Under the pieces are notes generated by a model that saw only the letters and a list, made by a program, of their open reading frames with translations, was not told where the DNA came from and did no database searches. A DNA stretch of 57,030 nucleotides, filler included, from Malassezia furfur (Eukaryota), in the NCBI GenBank assembly GCA_052055015.1. It is 2 parts of 2 records of this genome, joined end to end, with 100 filler letters (N's around TTAATTAATTAA, not from the genome) between each part and the next. Parts side by side here need not be neighbours in the genome. Positions count along the whole stretch, not along the records: positions 1 to 28,535 come from JBQJIT010000110.1; positions 28,636 to 57,030 come from JBQJIT010000111.1. One strand, 5' to 3'. Each line of letters begins with the position of its first letter. The first letter of the stretch is position 1. Below, one piece after another: positions 22,662 to 33,394 of the stretch. A program made the translations under genes and the position numbers.

Positions 22662-24973
22662 TTATACATAGGCGTCCGAGCGCAGCAACGCTCCCACCTG
22701 CTTGCTCAGCGCCTGGCCAATCTTGCGCCGCGCGACGTACACGTCGTCGTCGATAACCGCACTTAGAAAGTTGTCCGCAGCGCCGCCCGTTTGGGCTGCG
22801 TAGGTATGCCATGCCCTATGCAGCGCTCGCGGCGTCGGCCAGCGCTGCACGATTTCCTGGGCCTTTTCGTGGGAGACTCGGCGGATACATAGAAGCATCT
22901 TGGTCCAGACATCTTGTAGCGTGTTGGCAGCACTGCCCTTGCCGTGCAGAGACTGGAAGGTGTGGTAGGACGTGTGAAAGGGGGTATTTGGCTGCTGTGC
23001 GCGCAGATGACTCTGCAGCGTATCGTAGTGTTCGCGGTCGATCATCTCGTCGCGGATCACATGCAGCGGCTGGTGGGTATACATTTCTTGCAGGAGCTGG
23101 TGCACGTTGGCGAGGAAATCGGCCGTGCCTTCGTTGTTCGCCGACCGATGCACATAGAAGCCGTCGATGATCTGCGTGCTGCTCAGCGCCGTCTGGATTC
23201 GGTCGCCGTGGCGCTGCACAAGATTCGCGACGTCCACGTCCTCAATCAGGTAGAAGATCCGGCCCAGTCCAGAGGCGCGCAGACGTTGCTGTGTAAGAAG
23301 CGCGACGTACCTTTTGGTCATGCCAGCGCCCGTCAAAGATGCTCGACGTGAGGTCGTCGAGCCGCTTGCGCTCTACCACGGCGTCCAGCACCACTTCCTG
23401 GACCAGGTTCCATTGCTGCGCATCTGTCGGCGACAGGTTGGGCTTTGGACGCGCGACCCAAAGAATGTCGCCCAGCTCCAGTGCACGCAGCTCACACTCC
23501 ACTCCGCGTCGACGCATAGCATCCTCGAACGTGACGCGGCGACCAGCGTCGGGGCCATGATGGGATCTGGAACGCACCTCGCGATGGTCCATGATCATGT
23601 GGATAGTATACGAGTCCGCAGGAAGACAGAAGCAGCCCAGCGGCGTCCGTGCAGACTCCGACACAGGGGGGCGCAGCTCAGCACCGGGCACACTGGGACT
23701 CGAGCTTAGGAGCGTGATGGACGGGTGTCGGTTAGATAGGGGTGAGTGAACCACCATGGGACTCGAGCGCGTCCGGTCTTGAATGATAGGGGACGAGTCG
23801 ATGAGCGAAATGCTGATGCGAAGCGGCTCCGAAGGTTGTGCCGAAGGTACATGCTCGCTCGCGACGTAGACGTCGTCTTGCGAGGACCGGACCAGGTCCA
23901 CGACGACGTGCTGGGTGGGATCAAGATCAGGCTCTACCTCGATCCCATCATCAACCGAAAGGCCTGACTGCGTCGACGTGGTGCGTTTCCAGCTGCGCGG
24001 CTCAGGCCGTTCCAAGAAGTGCTTGCGCGGTGGCAAGTAGAGCCGGTCCATGGCACGCTCCGGCTCCGTGGGTATCTCCGTGACAGCCTGTGGGGCACCT
24101 GTAGTCGGGATAGATGGGAGCTGCGAGTGCAGATCCAAAGGCTGGACACGCAAGCGTCGTGGCTGCGACGCCGTATCGCCGGGCGACGCGGCATTCTCGG
24201 GGGGCGCTGTGGTTGTACTTGGTGCAGCCGGCTCTGCCGTGACGGTTAGGCCCTCTGCCTCGGCTAGTACGCGTGCGACACTCAGGCCTTGCTCGCTCAG
24301 GTAGAACAGGGGAGGATTGCCGGAGCGGTAGACGTACGCCTTGTCGATCAAGGTCTTCATGGCGCTCCATCCCGTGATATACGACCTGCGCGATTGAGTG
24401 AATTGGCTTCCTGAACCGCGATGCGAGAGAGACGATGGCGCAGACGTGCGTGAACCCCCGCCAGGCACCGTATAGTCGCTGTCACAGAAAGGCTGGGCCC
24501 GTGCGATCAGTTCGGCCTTGCCGACCTGTGCATCGTCCTGTTTGTCTTCAAGAACTTTGGTAAAGATGCCGACAAGAAGACCATGTGCGCCCGAACGGGG
24601 CTCAGGGACATATTCTTTGCGCGGCCGCCGCGGCCGTGTCGTAGGTGCCGCACGAGGGGTTTGCGAAGTAGTCTGGCTTGGCCGCGACGACGATGCTGCG
24701 TGAGAGTGGGCACATACGTAGCTCCGGAATAGGCTGGCCATTGGCCGTGCACCACTGTGCGTACTCCTTCTCGAGCCGCTTGGCAATCGAGTCGCCAATG
24801 CCTGGGAGGCGTACGGTTTCGCGAGGGTGCACAAACGGCTCCGTGACGGCGGCCAAGGAGCGGTGCGCCCTCTGGTAAGCCGATGCCGCCTTAAGCCCCT
24901 TGGCGCGCGCATCCTCGGTCCATGTCTGCAGGAATTCAAGCCATACGCAGTTTGGATGCACGTCGGGCGCCAT
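22662..24973 (-). CDS. MUS81: Crossover junction endonuclease Mus81
   Basis: N-terminal HhH (LPGIGDSIAKRL), WH segment (WSAMKTLIDK), ERCC4 motifs GDILW and VERKRLDDL. 22-nt introns 24696-24717 and 23289-23310. Confidence 0.93.
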
Positions 24974-25253
24974 GTTCGTGCACCTGCATACTCTAAGGAG
25001 AAACCAACGCGCGACGCGTTCCATCACGTGCACACAGGCGACTTTGCGAAGCGGCTTCGCAAGAACGAAGCTACTGCAACATGCTCAATCAGGCGGCCGT
25101 GGTAAGAGATTGATCGTGTGCAAGGCTTTTATTTTAGATAGCACTGATATCGCCAGGACTAAGCCTAGCGTGCTCTCTACCTAGAAAGATATGTGCCAAC
25201 AAGAGCATAGAGAGTTTTCCGTGTGCATCAGCAGCAATCTCTGCAAAACACAA

Positions 25254-25845
25254 TTAGTACAGAGGAATGAAGCGGCTCCTGTGGTTAGCACATTGCGAAG
25301 AGCAAGTACGTACGCATCCTTGCCCAGGCTGCCCTTGCCGTGGCGCGTGGGGATGTAGCTGATGGCCAGCTCACCAAGGTAGTGGCCGGTCATCTCGGGC
25401 TTGATCTCAACGGTGGTGAAGACCTGCACGTTAGCAAACATGTCCCGACACTGCAGTACAAACCTTGCCGTTGTAGATACCAATGACGGAGCCGATCATC
25501 TCGGGGACCACAATCATGTTACGCAGGTGCGTGCGGACCACCGCGGGCTTCTCGTTGGGGGGAGTCTCCTTCTTCGCCTTGCGCAGCTTCTTGATCAGAG
25601 CCATGGGGCGGCGAGTGAGACCACGCTGGAAGCGCCTGCGGGCGCGAGCGTGGACGAGCTTGACAAAGTCCTCGTTGGGCATGTCCAGCAGCTGGTCGAG
25701 CTCCACGCCGCGGTACTGGAACTTCTTAAAGGTCCTCTTGCGCTTCAGCTCAGCGGCGGCAGCAGCGTCGTAGTCATCCCTGTGTGTGGTCAGTATTCTG
25801 CTCGCAAGACGAGGCACGGGTCGGCCTGCGCTCCGGTACGCACAT
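25254..25845 (-). CDS. RPS15: 40S ribosomal protein S15 (uS19)
   Basis: [56 protein letters not shown]. Introns 25780-25843 (splits AT|G), 25424-25463, 25279-25313. Confidence 0.95.
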
Positions 25846-25911
25846 CTTCGGTGAGCTTGTGGATAGGAGGAGACGACTCGCGCGGACGGTGCAAAGGGAG
25901 GGGCATTCCCT

Positions 25912-25946
25912 CACGTGCCGACTATAGTTCTGGTATACATCACGTG
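25912..25946. promoter_or_regulatory. Two CACGTG E-box elements in the RPS15/RPP2 divergent promoter
   Basis: CACGTG at 25912-25917 and 25941-25946; the same hexamer recurs in many 5' regions of this window. Confidence 0.5.
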
Positions 25947-26100
25947 ACCGACCACAGCTTCGCTGACTGCGGCGTGCGAGGCGAAAGTGGGTGCGCGGTG
26001 CGACACGGCTCATCTTTAGACCTCAAGTCTTCCTAAGGGACCAAAGCGTATAACGCGGATTTGTGGTACACTTTCTCAACAACCTTAAAACTCGTAAACA

Positions 26101-26427
26101 ATGAAGCTCATTGCTGCCTACCTGCTGCTTTCGCTCGCGAACGAGAACCCCTCGGCTGAGGACATCACCAAGCTCCTCAGCACCGTCGGCATTGAGGCCG
26201 ACTCGGAGCGCCTTGAGAAGCTGATGTCGGAGCTCAGCGGCAAGGACATCAACGCCCTTATTGCCGAGGGTCAGGAGAAGCTGGCCTCGGTCCCCTCGGG
26301 TGGTGCCGTTGCTGCTGCGCCTGCCGCTGGCGGCGCCGCTGCCGGCGAGGCCCCCAAGGAGGAGGAGAAGAAGGAGGAGGAGAAGGAGGAGTCCGACGAG
26401 GACATGGGCTTCGGTCTGTTCGACTAA
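26101..26427 (+). CDS. RPP2: 60S acidic ribosomal protein P2
   Basis: [10 protein letters not shown] start, Ala-rich hinge, [13 protein letters not shown] terminus. Confidence 0.97.
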   Translation: MKLIAAYLLLSLANENPSAEDITKLLSTVGIEADSERLEKLMSELSGKDINALIAEGQEKLASVPSGGAVAAAPAAGGAAAGEAPKEEEKKEEEKEESDEDMGFGLFD

Positions 26428-26550
26428 ACGTGTCGTCCTCTCTGGCGTGTTTGCGCTACGCAAGACGCTCTCCTGATCAAAAATACGGCGCGCTCATAGT
26501 CGGTATGTCCGGTAGTTCGGTCTCCTATGTGTTCGCGACGCACATGTGCG

Positions 26551-28478
26551 CTACTTGTCCTCGTCGCCGTCGACGAAGATGTCGCGGTACTTGAGTAGGA
26601 TGGTCTCGATTGCCTTGCACTGGTGGCTCATGTCCTGCAGTTGCACCGGCCCGCCACCGCTCGCACCGGCCTCGGAGGCGGTCACGTTATGGGGCGGACT
26701 GAGCAGCGTCGGCCCAAACACAATGGCGAGGTTGTGGGCGCTCATCTGGTTGATGCCCTCTTGGGCGCGCACGCGATCCAGGTGCGCCATGAGGAACCGC
26801 AGGGTGGCATAGTTCGCGTCGGGCAGCTCGTTCACCTGCTCGTGCAGCCGAATCTGGCGCAGGTAGTCGTCTTCCACTTTGGCAGCCTCGATGAAGGCCG
26901 GGTATAATGCATAGGTCAGCAGCGGCTCGGGCAGCTCGCGGAACCAGAGCTTGAGGCAGCCCGCAACGATGTTGATGTCGCTCAGCGCCTCGTCGTTCAT
27001 CAGATCCACCGACGACCAGTCCGCATCAAACTTCGCCTTGAGTTTCTGTACGCGCGACGTCATGCCAGACAGACGGTAGATGCCCATGTTCTGGATGCCG
27101 ACGCGCTCGATGGCGTCCGCACAGATCTCCAAGATGGGCGGCACCTCGACGTTGTCGCGCACCAGCTGTGTCGTGAGGTCCACGCCAAAGATGGGGTGGC
27201 CTCCGCCCGGTGCGCCGTCGTCGCCCGAGTTGGGTGCACTGCCGCGGCCGACGAGCGTGGTCTGGAACATGAGGTTGGTGAGGGTCGCCTCGTCGTACGG
27301 GTTGTGCCGACGTGGCCCGTGAAAGTCGCCCGCGTGAGCCAGCTCGTAGCTCTGGAGAAACTCGCGGAAGTCGGCCGTGTTGTCGATCGCGGCCGCGGCG
27401 TCGCGCAGGCCCGTGGTAGACGACTTTTCGTTCAAAGGATTGACGGCCATCCCGTCGCTCAGCACGGTGCTCTCGTACAGGAACGCGAAGCGGATCAGCT
27501 GGAACTGCAGTCCGGTATCGAGCTCCGAGAGGGTGTCGCGCAGCGAGCGGAGGATGTGGGGCAGGTGCTGCTGAAAGTACTCCTGGCGCACGGTCTGGGC
27601 CGCCTGTGCCTCGTTCCGGAGCGCTTCGTGCGCGTTGGCCTTCTTTACCCGGAACTCTTCCTCGTGCCGGAGGATCTGCTGTGGGTTTTTGTTCTTGAAC
27701 AGGCCGCCCTTGGTGAAGGACATGCCGAGTGTCCGCTTGTTGGCCGCCGTGCCGATGGACATGTCGGCGGCACGCGCCGTGTCGCCCTGCTTCACGAGAA
27801 ACACGCGCTCCAGATCCTCCGCAGCAATGTCGAAGCGGATGCGCGCGCGGTCGACGTTGGCCTCGGCGTCGGTGAGGCTCTTTTCCAGGCGGCGGCCCAT
27901 GTCGATGTGTTGCCGACGCGCACGCTCCGCATCGCGCACCAGCACCGCAAGGTCGTCACTGATTGCCGTGAGCTTCGTCGCAAAGCGGTAGCGGTTCTCG
28001 CTGAGCGCCTCTTGCGCATGGAGCATGCTTTTCCAGTTGGTGCCGTACGTGCCCGAGCGGGCCTCGTGCGAGGAGTACTCGGACGCGTACGACTTGGTGA
28101 GCTTGCTGAGCCCGTGTGCATACTCCTCCTCGAGCGCCGCGCGCTTCTTGACAAACGCCGAGGCCTCGCGCGCCGACTCGAGGCTCTGGCGCATGCGCTC
28201 GTCCATGAGCGAGAGACCACACTGGGTAAGCGGGAGGGGGGTGTGGAATACGTACGTCCATCGCGCACAGCTGGCGCATCATCGCATCGTCAATCACAGA
28301 CGAGCTAATTAGCCCCGGCGCGGCGGTGGTGTTGGGCACGTCGGAGGGCACAATGGTGCGGTCGCCGGCCTCTGCGGTGCCGCCCGCATAGGTCTTGGCT
28401 CCTGTCTGCAGCGGCGCGACAGAAATATCGCCAGGGGCCTGTGTGAGATGCATGGCTGCGTACGTTGTTCGCCGACAT
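26551..28478 (-). CDS. F-BAR + RhoGAP protein (Rgd1/Rga7-like)
   Basis: FCH start (FVKKRAALEEEYA); RhoGAP motifs IFGVDL, GIYRLSG, LKLWFRELPEPL, NQMSAHNLAIVFGP. Introns 28439-28463 and 28222-28255. An in-frame stop upstream of ATG 28478 supports this start. Confidence 0.88.
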
Positions 28479-28535
28479 CGGGGAGAGGGTGCGCGTCGCT
28501 CGGGGGATCGCTCAAACAAGGCACGGCGCGATCGC

Positions 28536-28635
28536 NNNNNNNNNNNNNNNNNNNNNNNNNNNNNNNNNNNNNNNNNNNNTTAATTAATTAANNNNNNNNN
28601 NNNNNNNNNNNNNNNNNNNNNNNNNNNNNNNNNNN
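28536..28635. other. Scaffold gap with synthetic linker: 44 N + TTAATTAATTAA + 44 N
   Basis: Exactly 100 nt; the central 12-mer gives stops in all six frames, a typical contig-joining spacer. Confidence 0.95.
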
Positions 28636-30589
28636 CGTGCGTCGGGCGCGTGGGCGTGCGCGACGGCGCGCGCGGCGCACTCGGCGTGCCCGCCTTGCTC
28701 GGTGACGCGGTGCCGTTCGCGGCCGCCTCTTTGCGCCGCATCAGCAGGTAGCGCTGCCGGCACTGGTGGTAGGAGCGCGTGCCGACCGCACGCGCCACGT
28801 GCTCCCAGCGCTGGCCGTGCTCCTTGATGGCGCGCCGCAGCTTGGTGTCCTCCTCGGCCGACCAGCGCACGTACGGCAGGCGCTTTTCGGGGCTCTGGTT
28901 GCCGCCGACGGGGCGCGCCTTGACCGCCGACGCGCTCGCGGTCTTGGTCGCGACCGGCGTCCAAGCGGACGCACCGAGCTGCGCCTGCGACGAGCTGTGC
29001 GAGCGCCGGTGGCCGTGTGCGTGCGGCGCCTCGTGCGCGGCCGCCTGGTCGGCAAGCACATCGAGCGCCGACAGCTTCTCCTGCGCGGCACGCTGCGGCG
29101 TGTATGGCGCCCGGGGGCCCGGGTGCAGCTCCTCGTCGACGTCCATGTAGGACGTCGAGACGCGCCGCCGCTTGGGGCTCCCAAACACGGGCGCACTCGG
29201 CCACGCGTGCAGCGGCGAGGCGTGCAGCGGCGACGAGGCATCCGCGGGCGTGTCGGCGCGCGCAGCGGCGCCCACGGGCGCGTCGGCGCTGCGCAGCGAC
29301 TGCGCCGCATACAGCAGCTCATCAATCCCGCTCAGCGGTGCACTCGGCTCCGACCGCGCGCTGAGCGTGCGCTCGTCCGTGACGACGCGCGGGCGCGGCA
29401 CGGCGCTTTTCGGCGTCGTGGGGTACAGCGCGTCGTGCGCGCGGGGGGTATGCGGCGGCGCCTCGGCGTGGTAGACGTCCGTCTTGTACTTGCTCGGCGA
29501 CGTGTCGGTCGCCATCGAGCTGGGCGAGTTCGTCGTCGCGTGCCGCAGCGTGCGCAGCATACGCGCGGCAAGCAGCAGGTGCTCCGACTTGGCATCGCCC
29601 ATCATCGCCTCGCGCTGGCGCCGCGGCGTGCGCGGCGCACTAGGCGGCAGCGACACTGCAGCACTCCCGGCCTCGTCGCCGGGGTGGCGGAGCAGCATGG
29701 GGCGCAGCGCGCGCAGCTCCGACTCGAGGCGCGCAACCTGAGCTTCGGCGTCGTGCACGCGCTGCCGCAAAAAGCGCTTATCTGCGAGCAGCTTGTTGCG
29801 CTCGACGGCCGCAGGCGGCGGCGGCGGCGGCGGCGACGACGATGCGGCGGCCGCGTCGGCGTCCCCCGCGGCAGGCGAGGCCTTGTGTGTGGTGGTGGTG
29901 GTGGTGGTGGTGGTGGCAGCGCGGCGCTCGTCGTCATGCGACAGCGAGGCCCGCGATACCATGTCGCTCAGCATGCGCGACTGGCTCTTGGAGCCGTGTA
30001 GCTCCACCTCCAGGCGCGAGTTGATTTCACGCTCGGCATGCAGCATGTGCGAGTAGGATATGCGTAGAGAAGAAAGAAGAGAGAGGGATGCGAGGCGTGT
30101 CACACGCACGAGGTGCTTGAGGTGCGTGCGCGACGCCTGCTGCTGCTGCACGCGGTCGACGAGCGCGCGGATCTGGGCGGTGAGCGGTGTGGGCCAACGT
30201 ACCATCGCGGCGGGCGGCTCGGGCGTCTCTTCGGCGGCGCCCGCGCCGTCGCGCTCAAGTGCCGCGGCGCATGCGAGCGCGCGCGTCGTGAGCGAGTCAT
30301 CGGCATGGTCGAGCGGGTCGGCCTCGTCGAGATCTTCGATCGAGGTAAGCAGCTGCATCTCCTGCTCCATCGTGCCGACGCCGACGTGCGGGAAGGTGAG
30401 GTGTCCGGGCGTGGTGTGTACATCGCCCTCGTCCGCGGCACGCCCGCCGCCCAAGATCGGCGACGGCGTGCGCGGCGAGCGTTGCAGCGCACCCGACGAC
30501 GGCCGATCGTCGTCGTGGGCGCCGGCAGCGGCGCGCGGCGGCGGCGCGACAGGGTCGTCTGTACGCGCAAGTGCCTCACTTGTGCTCAT
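28636..30589 (-). CDS. Myb/SANT-domain protein (putative transcription factor), 3' end lost in gap
   Basis: RWSAEEDTKLRRAIKEHGQRWEHVARAVGTRSYHQCRQRY Myb repeat, coiled coil, long low-complexity regions; first ATG at 30589. Confidence 0.8.
29814..29916. repeat. Coding microsatellites (GGC)7 at 29814-29834 and (TGG)9 at 29890-29916
   Basis: Read directly; they encode poly-Pro and poly-Thr in the minus-strand Myb protein. Confidence 0.9.
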
Positions 30590-30866
30590 CGCGCGATCAG
30601 GCGCGGCGGCGGGCGTGGCTAGGGGCAGCGGAGCAGTCGAGAGCTCGCCACACGCTGAGCGTCGCGCGGTGGACGAAGGGACAAAACGCGGCACACAGGC
30701 GGCCGCACACCAACAGAGCTGCTGCACCCCCTGCGTGTTGGAGTCTACACGCGCAACCCGCTAGGCCGTGCCAACACCACCGTGGCAACACGCGCGCGGC
30801 CCCTCCGCACGTGATTTCCACGTGGAGAGCGGCGCGGCGCGCGGCCGCCCGGACGACGGAACGGCC

Positions 30867-33359
30867 ATGCTGCTGGACATCCAACGGAAGTTCTTCTCGC
30901 GCTCGGAGCGGGTCAAGTCGGTCGACTTCCACCCCACCGAGCCGTGGCTGCTGGCCGGGCTGTACAATGGCAGTGTACACATCTGGAACTACGAGACCGG
31001 CGCGTCGGTCAAGACGTTCGAGGTCGCCGATGTGCCTGTGCGCTGCGTGCGCTTCATCGCGCGCAAGAACTGGTTTTTGGCCGGGTCGGACGACTACTAC
31101 TTGCGCTGCTACAACTACAACACACATGAAAAGGTCGCTGCGTTCGAAGCGCACCCGGACTACGTGCGCACGATCGCCGTGCACGCGACGCACCCCTACG
31201 TGCTCACGGGCGGCGACGACATGACGATCAAGCTGTGGGACTGGGACAAGAACTGGCGCCTGCTGCAGACCTTTGAGGGGCATACGCACTTTGTCATGCA
31301 CCTGTGCTTCAACCCGAAGGACTCCAACTCGTTTGCCTCGGCGTCGCTCGACCGCACCGTCAAGGTGTGGACGCTCGGTGCGAGCGTCGCCAACTTCACG
31401 CTCGAGGCGCACGAAAAGGGCGTGAACTACGTCGAATACTACTTTGGCAGCGACAAGCCGTACATGCTCACCACGGGCGACGACCGCACCGTCAAGGTGT
31501 GGGACTACCTCAGCAAGTCGTGCGTGCAGACGCTCACAGGACACACGTCGATCGTGTCCTTTGCCATCTTCCACCCGTCGCTCCCGCTGATCATCTCGGG
31601 CTCCGAGGACGGCACCGTGAAGCTGTGGCACGCAAATACCTACCGCCTCGAGTCGACGCTCGACTACGGCCTCGAGCGCGCGTGGTGCATTGCGTACCAG
31701 ATGCACAAGAACGACATTGCGCTCGGCTACGACGAGGGCTCGGTCGTCGTCAAGCTCGGCAAGGAGGAGCCGAGCGTCAGCATGGACACGAGCGGCAAGG
31801 TCGTGTGGGCGCGCAACGCCGAGGTGCTCAGTACGAACCTCGCGACGCTCACCGACGGCGAGCTCACCGACGGCGAGCGCGTGCGGGTGCAGACGCGCGA
31901 GATGGGCAGCACGGAGATCTTCCCGCAGCTCCTGCAGCACTCGCCGAACGGCCGCTTCGTGACGGTGTGCGGCGACGGCGAATACACCGTGTACACGGCC
32001 CTTGCGTGGCGGAACAAGGCGTTTGGCGCCGCGCTCGGCTTTGCGTGGGCCGCCGACTCGAACACGTACGCGATCCGCGAAAACTCGCCGACGCGCGTGC
32101 GCCTGTTCAAAAACTTCAAGGAGCAGTCTGGCCTCGTGCTGATCAACTACCAGGTGGAGGGCATCGCCGGCGGCGCGCTGCTCGGCGTGCTCGGCGTGGG
32201 CTTTGTGTGCTTCTACGACTGGACGACGGGGGCGCTTGTGCGCCGCATCAACGTCGACGCGCGGCAGGTGCTCTGGTCGCAGACGAACGCGCTCGTGGCC
32301 ATCACGACCGACGACTCGTTCTATGTGCTGCGCTTCGACCGCGCGGCGTACGATGCGTACGTTGCGAGCGGTGCGCCTATGGACGACGAGGGCTTTGAGG
32401 ACGCGTTCGAGGTGGTCACCGAGATCCCCGAGACGGTGCGCACGGGCAAGTGGACGGGCGAGTGCTTTGTGTACACCAACGCGGCCAACCGGCTGCAATA
32501 CTTCATCGGCGAGCAGGCCTACACGATCTGCCCGCTCGACCAGGAGCTCTATATCCTCGGCTACCTGCCGCAGCTCAGCCGCGTGTTCGCTGCCGACAAG
32601 GACGTGAACGTGTATAGCTTCGCGCTGTCGCTGTCGGTCATCGAATACCAGACTGCCGTGCTGCAGGGCGACATGGCGCACGCCGAGGCGCTGCTCCCGT
32701 CGATCCCCGCACAGCAGCGCAACAAGGTGGCTAAGTTCCTCGAGGCACAGGACATGCACGAGCTCGCGCTCGCCGTCGCCGTCGACCCGGACCACCGCTT
32801 CGACCTGGCGCTCGCGATCGACGCGTTCGACGTCGCCCTCGAGATCGCCCGCACGGCCCCGGCCTCGGGCGCCGAGACGCGCTGGCGCACGATCGGCGAC
32901 CGCGCGCTGGCACGCTGGAACGTGCCGCTCGCGCAAGAGTGCTTCGAGATGGCCAACGACGTCCACTCGCTGCTGCTCATCGCCACCGCCAAGAAGGACG
33001 CGCGCCTCTTGCGCCACGTCGGCACCGCCGCGCGCGCCAAGGGCGCGTTCAACCTTGCGTTTGCCGCCTTCTTGCAGGTGCAGGACGTGGACGCGTGTCT
33101 CGCGCTGCTCGTCGACGCCAAGCGCTTTGCCGAGGCCGCGACGTTCGCGCGCACCTACGCACCGAGCCGCGTGCCGCAGCTCGTGGCGCAGTGGAAGGCC
33201 GCGCTGCGCGCCGAGCCGAGCGCCAAGCAGCAGCAGCTCGGCGACCGCATCGCCGACCCTACCGAGGCGCCGCAGCTCTTTGCCGAGGGCTGGGACGAGG
33301 CGCTCGCGCGCGAGGCGGCGCTCCGCGTGCCGCAGGCGGGCAACCTGCTCGATACCTAG
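30867..33359 (+). CDS. SEC27: Coatomer subunit beta'
   Basis: MLLDIQRKFFSRSERVKSVDFHPTEPW, tandem WD40 propellers, YTALAWRNKAFG, alpha-solenoid; intronless. Confidence 0.96.
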   Translation: MLLDIQRKFFSRSERVKSVDFHPTEPWLLAGLYNGSVHIWNYETGASVKTFEVADVPVRCVRFIARKNWFLAGSDDYYLRCYNYNTHEKVAAFEAHPDYVRTIAVHATHPYVLTGGDDMTIKLWDWDKNWRLLQTFEGHTHFVMHLCFNPKDSNSFASASLDRTVKVWTLGASVANFTLEAHEKGVNYVEYYFGSDKPYMLTTGDDRTVKVWDYLSKSCVQTLTGHTSIVSFAIFHPSLPLIISGSEDGTVKLWHANTYRLESTLDYGLERAWCIAYQMHKNDIALGYDEGSVVVKLGKEEPSVSMDTSGKVVWARNAEVLSTNLATLTDGELTDGERVRVQTREMGSTEIFPQLLQHSPNGRFVTVCGDGEYTVYTALAWRNKAFGAALGFAWAADSNTYAIRENSPTRVRLFKNFKEQSGLVLINYQVEGIAGGALLGVLGVGFVCFYDWTTGALVRRINVDARQVLWSQTNALVAITTDDSFYVLRFDRAAYDAYVASGAPMDDEGFEDAFEVVTEIPETVRTGKWTGECFVYTNAANRLQYFIGEQAYTICPLDQELYILGYLPQLSRVFAADKDVNVYSFALSLSVIEYQTAVLQGDMAHAEALLPSIPAQQRNKVAKFLEAQDMHELALAVAVDPDHRFDLALAIDAFDVALEIARTAPASGAETRWRTIGDRALARWNVPLAQECFEMANDVHSLLLIATAKKDARLLRHVGTAARAKGAFNLAFAAFLQVQDVDACLALLVDAKRFAEAATFARTYAPSRVPQLVAQWKAALRAEPSAKQQQLGDRIADPTEAPQLFAEGWDEALAREAALRVPQAGNLLDT

Positions 33360-33394
33360 GACCCGTAGTGCGCCCTATGTTGTACTGCACGCCG

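Noticed and set aside
22656..22766. TAG-CTA context after the ABZ2-like stop as a cryptic peroxisomal readthrough signal
   Set aside because: The known motif is TGA-CTA, and the extension ends in NRT, not a PTS1.
28580..28591. TTAATTAATTAA palindrome (TTAA target-site or PacI-like)
   Set aside because: It is centred in a symmetric 100-nt N gap and is a synthetic six-frame stop linker. Adjacency across the gap is also unverified.
30597..33017. 806-aa minus-strand ORF opposite SEC27 (likewise those opposite PRP28, CYT1, the aldo-keto reductase, TAF5 and RAD54)
   Set aside because: Codon-bias shadow ORFs in register with real genes.
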